The notes below the pieces were generated by a model. That model was not told where the DNA came from. It saw only the letters and a list, made by a program, of their open reading frames with translations, and did not search any database. From Thermoproteota archaeon (GTDB lineage: Archaea > Asgardarchaeota > Njordarchaeia > Njordarchaeales > Panguiarchaeaceae): a stretch of 32,000 bases of DNA. Below are positions 17,662 to 24,292 of the stretch, one piece after another. Location of the stretch: the NCBI GenBank assembly GCA_024720975.1, contig JANJXX010000007.1, forward strand, positions 3,816 through 35,815. Reading direction: 5' to 3'. How positions within the stretch are numbered: the first letter of the stretch is position 1; each line of letters starts with the position of its first letter. The translations under genes were made by a program, and so were the position numbers.

Positions 17662-18498
17662 ATGGTAATAAGGGCAATAGCAGCTTTTGATTCATTTGGA
17701 AACGAGCTCTTCTACGAGGCTTACGCATCATTTACTCCTAATTTTCAACTCCTATCCAGGATATTACTTGGAATGCGAGAGCATTTACCAAAAGAATACG
17801 ACACAGTTAATATGGGCCAGTACAAAATCGCATTAACCATCTCGTCAGACTTAGTACTACTCATTTTAGCTGATAGAGTTAATGGCGACCAGGAGCTCGA
17901 AAAAGTTGTGCGATTCTTACATGAATCTGCGAGAGAGATTTTTAGTGGAAGTGCTAAAACCCAAGAAGACCAGATAGAAAAATTCCGCGAAAAGACCTAT
18001 GAAGCTATTGCTATGTTACCAGTAAAGTGCACTCTAACTGGCTATGGTGGAGTAGGGAAAACTACTATTGTGCGTCTGGTAGCCCGAGGAGAAAGACTTA
18101 CTAAACATATACCCACAATTCTAGCGGATGTTGAAGAGATAAAGATCGAGGGTATAGATCCCTACAAGGTGACATTATTTACCGTAGCTGGACAGCCCCA
18201 ATACTGGCGTACTTGGATGCTCACTACAGAAGGATCAGATTTCGTGATGTTAGTTACAGACTCAACTTACGAGGATGTAGAAAGGCTTCAAAAAGAAATC
18301 ATTCCGTACTTAATGAAGATAACTCCTTATTCACGATTTATCATAATAGCAAATAAGCAAGATTTACCTAACGCACTGCCGCCCTCTGTTATAGAGGAGA
18401 CCTGCGGCATACCTTCGTTTCCCTTGGTGGCGATACGAGATGATGCCAAGGAGAAGTTTGTTGAAATATTGGCTACAATGATAAGAGAGCTACCTTAG
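17662..18498 (+). CDS. Small Ras/Arf-superfamily GTPase with an N-terminal roadblock/longin-like domain
   Basis: The C-terminal half carries G1 GYGGVGKT, G3-like TVAGQ and G4 NKQD. The N-terminal 115 aa or so shows a beta-beta-alpha-beta-beta-beta-alpha pattern (IRAIAAFDSFGNELFYE...QYKIALTISSDLVLLILAD...). That fold is inferred only. Confidence 0.7.
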   Translation: MVIRAIAAFDSFGNELFYEAYASFTPNFQLLSRILLGMREHLPKEYDTVNMGQYKIALTISSDLVLLILADRVNGDQELEKVVRFLHESAREIFSGSAKTQEDQIEKFREKTYEAIAMLPVKCTLTGYGGVGKTTIVRLVARGERLTKHIPTILADVEEIKIEGIDPYKVTLFTVAGQPQYWRTWMLTTEGSDFVMLVTDSTYEDVERLQKEIIPYLMKITPYSRFIIIANKQDLPNALPPSVIEETCGIPSFPLVAIRDDAKEKFVEILATMIRELP

Positions 18499-18532
18499 AA
18501 TTTTGTATGCTATATTTCAAAGTGGATTAAGA

Positions 18533-18805
18533 CTAAAACGCAAATAGATGTACGAGCGCATGGGCGATCTTCTCATTCTTTTCATCGTTCAAGAAGATTA
18601 TGGCGTCTTCATGAATAAATCCCATTGACAAAGCAAGCTTCACGATGTTGTTGCCCAACAAGTTCAGACTCACAGCTCTCTGCATGAGTTCTCGAACTCT
18701 AATAATATCTACAATACTTTCGCAGTAAAAGTCCCTAGAAACTATAATTTCAATTCCCTCATATGAAAGCTTCTTATCAATCAGTTCTAGATCGCATATA
18801 GCCAC
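18533..18805 (-). CDS. DUF424-family conserved archaeal protein; true N-terminus probably upstream
   Basis: VAICDLELIDKKLSYEGIEIIVSRDFY...NLLGNNIV resembles DUF424. The frame stays open up to 18868 (KTIDIKDQFCVKVHQTPYGLL) with no ATG, GTG or TTG in that stretch. Confidence 0.6.
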   Translation of the reverse strand: MAICDLELIDKKLSYEGIEIIVSRDFYCESIVDIIRVRELMQRAVSLNLLGNNIVKLALSMGFIHEDAIIFLNDEKNEKIAHALVHLFAF

Positions 18806-18975
18806 TAAAAGTCCGTATGGTGTCTGGTGTACTTTTACGCAGAATTGGTCTTTAATATCTATCGTCTTTCACCTAATTACTGAACTAGCGACAGATTGTA
18901 CAATGGAAAATAATACCTTAAAAAACACTTACAAGAAAAAGTTGCAGGCTTTGCGAATTCCGTGGTGATAGGTTT

Positions 18976-19863
18976 TTGAATAAAAAAAGCCCAATTATAG
19001 CATGCCATAAAGAGGATATTGATGGTATTGTCTCGGCAGCACTTATTCTTAGGATTTTTCCTGATGCGGTAATAATTTTTGCAAAACCAAATGATATAAC
19101 AAGAATGAAAGCGAAGTTTGATATCGTGTGCGATTTACCAAAACCAAAGTTTTGTGATGTATGCATAGATCATCATATGTCTAATTATCAGCAATTATTG
19201 GAAAGCAATAAACTTTCGGAAAAAGATTTAGTGGATCCTAATGCGAGTTCAGCTGCAAGGTTAGTTGCCAAGTATTTTAATCTAAATGATGAGATTTCTA
19301 GAGAGCTTGTTGAAATGGCAGATAAGGCGGATTCTGGGTATTTTGATGAAGATTTAACCACTCTTGATTTGCTGATAAAACATAATTCAAATGATCCAGC
19401 AAAACTACACTGGATAGCTAAAAAACTAGCTCAGAATGGACGAAAAATATTTGATGATCCCGAGTTCAGAATGGAAGCATTTAAACTAAGACACTTAATA
19501 CTTAAGAAGGACGAGATAATAAAACTCGTGAACAGCATACTTGAAAAGGGCATCAAAGCTTGCATTTTTGATTGTCGCAGTCTAGATCCAGCTCTTGGTA
19601 GGATAGCCCCTACAGTTTTTTGTAGAATCGGGGGAAAAGCTGCTGTTAGTATATATTTTGATGATGTAGGAAACATAAAGGTTTCCATACGAGTTGATGA
19701 TACAGAATTTGATGCCGGTAAATTTGCAAGCCTATATGGTGGTGGAGGGCATGCGAAGGCTGCGGGAGTTGTTTTCGCAGATGAAAATTCTCTAGCTAAG
19801 TTCCTTAGTGACTTTATCAGTATCTTCAAGGAGTACTCAATAGCCTTCTTGAGAATTCTCTAA
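18976..19863 (+). CDS. DHH/DHHA1-family phosphoesterase (NrnA-like)
   Basis: It has the motifs HKEDIDG, CIDHHMSN (DHH) and YGGGGHAKAAG (DHHA1 GGGH). It uses a TTG start. Confidence 0.8.
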   Translation: MNKKSPIIACHKEDIDGIVSAALILRIFPDAVIIFAKPNDITRMKAKFDIVCDLPKPKFCDVCIDHHMSNYQQLLESNKLSEKDLVDPNASSAARLVAKYFNLNDEISRELVEMADKADSGYFDEDLTTLDLLIKHNSNDPAKLHWIAKKLAQNGRKIFDDPEFRMEAFKLRHLILKKDEIIKLVNSILEKGIKACIFDCRSLDPALGRIAPTVFCRIGGKAAVSIYFDDVGNIKVSIRVDDTEFDAGKFASLYGGGGHAKAAGVVFADENSLAKFLSDFISIFKEYSIAFLRIL

Positions 19864-20930
19864 CGTTTTTTGTATACGTAATTCTGGATCACTATTCGTT
19901 CTTCTTCCTTCAACTCATATATATCGAATACAATCTCATTGAGCTCATGCATAAGGAATCCAATCTCGCTTTCTAATTCTTTTCTCTCTGGTCGTTCAGA
20001 CTCCTGCTGAATAGATAAATAGGTTCTAGTTTTTTCAGAGATTTCCTTGGAGTACTTAATTACTTCTTTTCGAGTATTCTCTTCCGCCACCTTTACTGGT
20101 AATATGTTGACGTAGGGTGGCATATACGAATACCATCTGCCTTTCTTGGGTCTTTTAGTTCTCTTCATCAGTCTAGGTGAGTATTGCTTAAAGAAAAACT
20201 CCAGTGTCTCGGAATTAAGAATCCCGAGCGTGTACCAAAGTGCATCGTCGTCATTTCCAAGAATTTTTCTAGCCTCTCTTCCAGCTTCAATAAAGTTCTC
20301 TACATTCAAGGTTGCTTCATTTACTTTCTTCCAATTTTCTGCGTACATTTTTTGCTCTTCATAACTAAGCCATTTTCGTAAGAGTATTGTTGAGTCAAGC
20401 ACATAGTATAGACCTTGTTCATCGATCGCAAAACTTTGCTGTCTTGAAAAGAGAGGGCTTATGATTTTCTTCTGCTCAAAAACCTTTGGATCAAGCGGAT
20501 CCTCAAGTTCCCACCACTTCTTATTCCACGTAAAGACAGCAGCTCTTCGTTCGAGAACTAGTTTGCCACTCTCAAGCCACTTCATTATATTTACGTATTT
20601 GTTCGGCAGATCTGGAAAATGCTTTTCAGAGGCGTATATGATATAGAATCCCTTCCAAGTAAAGCCGAAAGGTCTGATATCGCGTCCCCGAATAATTGGT
20701 TTGAGGGGCTCCTTTTCTAGTGAGTATTCGTCGACGAGGCTTTGTTGTACTACATACAGATAAGGGACACCTGTCCACAGTCCCCTGTGAACAGCGAATA
20801 GCTGGTCAAGTCGTATAGTATCTGTTCTTATTTTTTCCCAGATGGTTCTGTATTTTTCGCTGATTATTGGCATTTTGAATACTTGCACGTATGTCCATGT
20901 GTACTCAAGGGGCATTGTGTATATCACCAA
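19860..20930 (-). CDS. Stand-alone TaqI-like C-terminal specificity (target recognition) domain protein with no methyltransferase domain
   Basis: The pattern LDQLFAVHRGLWTG...IIRGRDIRPFGFTWKGFYIIY...YVNIMKWLESGKLVLERR...KKWWELEDP...LGILNSETLEFFFKQY...ILPVKV matches my memory of the TaqI_C / type IIG TRD. There is no N6-MTase motif (NPPY/DPPY) and no FxGxG. Confidence 0.55.
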   Translation of the reverse strand: MVIYTMPLEYTWTYVQVFKMPIISEKYRTIWEKIRTDTIRLDQLFAVHRGLWTGVPYLYVVQQSLVDEYSLEKEPLKPIIRGRDIRPFGFTWKGFYIIYASEKHFPDLPNKYVNIMKWLESGKLVLERRAAVFTWNKKWWELEDPLDPKVFEQKKIISPLFSRQQSFAIDEQGLYYVLDSTILLRKWLSYEEQKMYAENWKKVNEATLNVENFIEAGREARKILGNDDDALWYTLGILNSETLEFFFKQYSPRLMKRTKRPKKGRWYSYMPPYVNILPVKVAEENTRKEVIKYSKEISEKTRTYLSIQQESERPERKELESEIGFLMHELNEIVFDIYELKEEERIVIQNYVYKKR

Positions 20931-21204
20931 ATTCGACGCGTGAAATTGCTTTTGAACTTAGAGTTTCTCCAGGTAAATATAGATGAGCAGTACAAAAGAT
21001 GACGAATTAAAATGGAATATCAATGGGGCTTGCATTTTATCTATTGTATGGATTTAATTAGCTGGATACAAATGAGATATGAGCAGTGTTCAGAGTTTTA
21101 GGTGGTTTCTCACGTAAGCATATGTTTCAGTCGTAGTTCCTGTGTATTATCTAAATCATGTCGGATCTTTATAATTCACGTATTAATCCCAGATAGGGGA
21201 TTTT

Positions 21205-21978
21205 ATGCAGAACATTATGTCAACTATAAGCTACCTCTATATACTTGAAAACGTGGTAGCAGAGCTAGACACAATCTTCAACAAGCTCCTAGAAGTACGG
21301 CAGCAAAAAATATTCGTAAAAAGAGATATAGACAAAACATTGCTAAGAACATATGCAGCGGTAGGATTAGCACTGCAAAGCTTAATCAAAGATTTGTCTG
21401 GTCAGAAGAAAGTTGAGAATATATCCTTCGGAGAATTCACATTCTTGGCAAATTCTAACATGGCTTCGACGCTTGAAAGTGATTTTAGCATGATTCTAAA
21501 AGCTCTCGGCGCAAGAATACACATGCTAAAAGAGCGTATAAAGGCACTTGATGATATTAAAAGTACGTTGGTACAACTGAACATAATAAACCGTCTTGAG
21601 AGTGATGATGCGATACTTGACATTAGGAGATATGGCAATATTCTTATTATCATCGCAAGCAGGAATATTATCCTGTGTGATAGTCAAATGAATGCGCTTC
21701 AATTGATTTCTATAAATGATCTAGATACCGTGTCCTATAAAAGATCTCTTATATTCCGGGGCTGCGAGATCCGCACGAAATCAAGAGACGTGATACGACT
21801 TCCAGTCAGTCCTGATGTTGCATTTGAACTCAAGAGGATTTTGGATAAAGCAGCTAGAAGGAGAAATTTCTCTCCGGAAGCCTACGTGAGGAACCTGAAA
21901 GCTAGGCGCAGTAAACTTAGACCTGCCATAATTGAAGCTAAATTGAGTATTCTTCGTAAGATAATTCCATTAGTTTAG
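21205..21978 (+). CDS. Hypothetical protein, coiled-coil N-half and possible PH-like C-half
   Basis: A 257-aa ORF follows the TATA-like CTTTATAATT at about 21168-21177. The fold guess is weak. Confidence 0.5.
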   Translation: MQNIMSTISYLYILENVVAELDTIFNKLLEVRQQKIFVKRDIDKTLLRTYAAVGLALQSLIKDLSGQKKVENISFGEFTFLANSNMASTLESDFSMILKALGARIHMLKERIKALDDIKSTLVQLNIINRLESDDAILDIRRYGNILIIIASRNIILCDSQMNALQLISINDLDTVSYKRSLIFRGCEIRTKSRDVIRLPVSPDVAFELKRILDKAARRRNFSPEAYVRNLKARRSKLRPAIIEAKLSILRKIIPLV

Positions 21979-22063
21979 TTTTAATAATTCTGGCACTAAA
22001 GATAGCCCTTAAAATTATAGATTTATAGATTAATTAGGTTACAGAGTTACGATATAGTGGACG

Positions 22064-22159
22064 GCCGGGGTTGCCGAGCGGTACGGCGTCGGCCTGCTAA
22101 CCAAAAGGCTGATAGCCGATGGCGCTAGCGCCTCGCGGGTTCAAATCCCGCCCCCGGCA
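22064..22159 (+). tRNA. tRNA-Ser (anticodon GCU), class II, with 14-nt canonical intron
   Basis: The acceptor is GCCGGGG/CCCCGGC-A and the anticodon stem TCGGC/GCCGA, with loop CTGCTA[intron 22100-22113]A. It has a long variable arm TGGCGCTAGCGCCTC and T-arm GCGGGTTCAAATCCCGC. Confidence 0.88.
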
Positions 22160-22162
22160 TAA

Positions 22163-22221
22163 TGATAATGATGATGGTTCAACCGGCTGAGAAATGATGA
22201 TAGCATGTCTTGCTGAAGTTT
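22163..22221 (+). ncRNA. C/D box sRNA
   Basis: It reads ATGATGA (C, 22168-22174), a 12-nt guide TGGTTCAACCGG, CTGA (D', 22187-22190), GAA, ATGATGA (C', 22194-22200), a 12-nt guide TAGCATGTCTTG, then CTGA (D, 22213-22216). This is textbook archaeal architecture, and it lies between two tRNAs. Confidence 0.85.
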
Positions 22222-22252
22222 AAGTAAGCAAAACTTGCATAAAATAAAGATA

Positions 22253-22338
22253 GGGCCGGTAGCTCAGCCCGGTAGTCCTCATCCGAAAGCGTCCGGCTCT
22301 TAACCGGATGGTCGCGGGTTCAAATCCCGCCCGGCCCA
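22253..22338 (+). tRNA. tRNA-Lys (anticodon CUU) with 12-nt non-canonical intron in the D-arm
   Basis: The acceptor is GGGCCGG/CCGGCCC-A, the anticodon stem-loop TCCGG-CTCTTAA-CCGGA, and the T-arm GCGGGTTCAAATCCCGC. The D-arm closes (GCTC/GAGC) only after 22276-22287 (TCCTCATCCGAA) is removed. Confidence 0.8.
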
Positions 22339-22348
22339 TCAATCAAAA

Positions 22349-22419
22349 GCGCCGGTAGTCTAGTGGTAGGATGCCGGCCTCCCAAGCCGGTGACGCGGGT
22401 TCGAACCCCGCCCGGCGCA
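22349..22419 (+). tRNA. tRNA-Gly (anticodon CCC)
   Basis: GCGCCGGTAGTCTAGTGGTAGGATGCCGGCCTCCCAAGCCGGTGACGCGGGTTCGAACCCCGCCCGGCGCA folds as a cloverleaf. It lies 10 nt after tRNA-Lys. Confidence 0.9.
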
Positions 22420-22439
22420 CTCAGTCAAATTTCATTGTG

Positions 22440-22447
22440 TTTATATA
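22440..22447 (+). promoter_or_regulatory. TATA box for the permuted 5S precursor
   Basis: TTTATATA lies about 50 nt upstream of the leader helix. The expected TSS is near 22470-22475. Confidence 0.5.
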
Positions 22448-22497
22448 CTCTGATAATTTAACAAGAGTTAGCTGTATAGCAGGCCAACGGCGCTAGA

Positions 22498-22663
22498 AAA
22501 CTCGCATCGGGACCGAAAGCTAAGCCGCGCCACGCCGACCTGAGTAGTGTGGGGGAGACCCCACGCGAAAGGGCGGTGCTGTCCGTTCCTAGAGGAGCGG
22601 ACGGCCATAGGGCGCGGGAAACGCCCGATCCCATTCCGAACTCGGAAATCTCGATGCGAGTTT
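22498..22663 (+). other. 5S precursor processing structure: leader/trailer helix with BHB geometry
   Basis: Leader 22498-22512 pairs with trailer 22649-22663 (15 bp, one G.U). The central 4 bp are 22513-22516 (CCGA) with 22642-22645 (UCGG). The bulges are AAG at 22517-22519 and AAA at 22646-22648, on opposite strands. Confidence 0.7.
22519..22647 (+). rRNA. 5S rRNA, circularly permuted gene (3' part, hairpin linker, 5' part)
   Basis: 22519-22588 carries the 3' strands of helices III and II, helix V, the loop E AGUA/GAA motif, helix IV with a GAGA loop D, and the 3' strand of helix I. 22589-22594 is the CUAGAG linker. 22595-22647 carries the 5' strand of helix I, helix II GGCGCGG (complementary to CCGCGCC at 22525-22531) and loop C CCCAUUCCGAACUCGGAA. 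Confidence 0.8.
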
Positions 22664-22676
22664 GACTCCTTTAGAA

Positions 22677-22684
22677 TTCTTTTT
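22677..22684 (+). terminator. T-rich tract after the 5S trailer
   Basis: TTCTTTTT lies 14 nt after the trailer helix. Confidence 0.45.
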
Positions 22685-22720
22685 GAATTGTTACTGGTTG
22701 ATCTATGTGACGGTAAAGAT

Positions 22721-23404
22721 ATGACTACCCCTACTGAGGTCTATGTGTTAAAACTTAAACCTCTTCTTGATCGAGGAGCTATTAGTATTTTACTAAACAA
22801 GGGTGACTCTGAAGTCCTCTTTATAGGAAATGAAAGTTATAAGCACATTCTCCAAACAATGTTATCGTTCACCTTACAAACAAAAAGTAGGATATCCAAA
22901 GAATATATAAGCGAGCTTACACGGCGTGGTATCCGATTAGATTTTGGTGAGGTTGATTTCTATCTGCTAAACTTCTCAATGATGAATCTTAAAGTTTACT
23001 TGGCAACATATGGAGACGTTTTAATATCTTGTGTCTTTGCTAATAACTTTCCGTCAGTCAATGAATTTATTGATATTGTGCGTGATTTAACTACTACTAA
23101 GGATATCGGCAAACACGGAATCAACAAAGAGGAAATAAAGAATCTAAAGGCTCTAATTTTGAGCGCTAGAAGAAGCGCCAGTTCAGGTATTAAAGAAGAG
23201 CTTTTGCGTAATTTAAACGACATTCGCGAGTTTCTTGAAAGGTTGCAGGATCAGGCTTTGGAACCATATTTAGCATCCATAAAAAGGGTATTGCTAATTC
23301 TAGAACAGAAAACCGAGATTACAGACGAATTAAAGTTAAAGTTAAGAAGAATATTATTATTGCTACTAAAAAGTATATCCAAAAGGTTTAAGGAAGAGAT
23401 TTAA
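22721..23404 (+). CDS. Hypothetical protein, possibly with a roadblock/LC7-like N-domain
   Basis: The ATG at 22721 (MTTPTEVYVLKLKPLL...) is the first start outside the 5S gene. The ORF-track start at 22547 reads through the rRNA. The fold guess rests only on alternating beta patterns. Confidence 0.55.
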   Translation: MTTPTEVYVLKLKPLLDRGAISILLNKGDSEVLFIGNESYKHILQTMLSFTLQTKSRISKEYISELTRRGIRLDFGEVDFYLLNFSMMNLKVYLATYGDVLISCVFANNFPSVNEFIDIVRDLTTTKDIGKHGINKEEIKNLKALILSARRSASSGIKEELLRNLNDIREFLERLQDQALEPYLASIKRVLLILEQKTEITDELKLKLRRILLLLLKSISKRFKEEI

Positions 23405-23416
23405 CTAACCAAAGAT

Positions 23417-23986
23417 TTGGCGGTAAGGATGATAGTGGGTAATTCAGAGGACGATAGAATAGCCATAGTTACACTAGTAGATGAAGATAGGTTGGGTGCT
23501 GTAATAGGGTCAAAAGGGAGAGTTGAAAAATATATTGAAAACAAGCTAAATGTCGATATAAAGATTGATACACAAAAGGGTAAGGTACTAATAATAACCG
23601 AGAGAAACAACATAGAGAACGGTTTAAGAGCGAAAATGATCGTAGAAGCTATTGCTCATGGGATTTCCTTTGATCATGCAAAAAAACTTATTGATAATCC
23701 AGACTATGTTCTTGAAGTCTTAGACATAAGTGAGTACGCTCGTAATAAAAGTGACATGATAAGAATCAAAGCCCGTCTTATCGGTCAAGGCGGTAAAATT
23801 AAAACCCTAATAGAAGACGAACTAAGTGTGAAAATATCCATCAGAGACAAGTATGTAGCGATACTGGGTAAGCATACTGATGTCAATATCGCTAAGGATG
23901 TTATTCAAATGATCTGTAGAGGAAGTAAATATGGTCGCGCTTTGAAGAGGATTAATGACTACAGGCTTCTACAGGACATATACTAG
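23417..23986 (+). CDS. Two-KH-domain RNA-binding protein (archaeal Dim2/Pno1-like)
   Basis: It has two GXXG KH motifs, IGSKGRVEKYIE and IGQGGKIKTLIE. Its size is about 185 aa. The start could be TTG at 23417 or ATG at 23429. Confidence 0.75.
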   Translation: MAVRMIVGNSEDDRIAIVTLVDEDRLGAVIGSKGRVEKYIENKLNVDIKIDTQKGKVLIITERNNIENGLRAKMIVEAIAHGISFDHAKKLIDNPDYVLEVLDISEYARNKSDMIRIKARLIGQGGKIKTLIEDELSVKISIRDKYVAILGKHTDVNIAKDVIQMICRGSKYGRALKRINDYRLLQDIY

Positions 23987-24292
23987 ATTATAGTTATGTA
24001 TGTTAACACACTCTTTATCCGTTCGTACGTTCAGCCTAGTCGAGATGAACTTCACAAATGCGAGATAATTGTCCGTTGTTGTACCCCAAACGGATCGACT
24101 TAATTCATGCAAACAAGCGCAATGCGCCTGACAGACCTAGGATTTATTTAAATTCCTGTGATTGATTCTAACCTTCATGTGCGAGTTAATTTAGAAACTA
24201 GCGGAAGATTCTAATGAATCCAACCTAAGGAATATGGTTCCTTAAATATTTTATTAAAACGAATAGTCAGAGAAAAGTAAAAGGCGTAATCT

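Noticed and set aside
20984-21090. Repeated ATGAGCAGT (20984-20992 and 21079-21087), each opening a tiny ORF (24 aa and 12 aa) upstream of the TRD gene
   Set aside because: This is only a 9-nt match. The peptides are very short, with no SD or TATA support. It is most likely chance in an AT-rich spacer.
22519-22647. Alternative explanation: two truncated tandem 5S copies or an assembly artefact instead of a functional permuted gene
   Set aside because: The two parts are exactly complementary halves with no overlap or gap. The normal termini are bridged by a neat 12-bp helix with a tetraloop. The flanks form a 15-bp helix with correctly spaced 3-nt bulges whose cut sites rebuild the conserved loop C sequence. 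That is too precise for a random deletion or chimera. It still needs RNA evidence.
22547-22720. N-terminal 58 codons of the ORF-track ORF 22547..23404 (MWGRPHAKGRCCPFLEERTAIGRGKRP...)
   Set aside because: This stretch reads straight through the GC-rich 5S rRNA sequence and its trailer. The composition is Arg/Gly/Pro-rich, unlike the rest of the protein. A good ATG at 22721 starts the AT-rich coding part.
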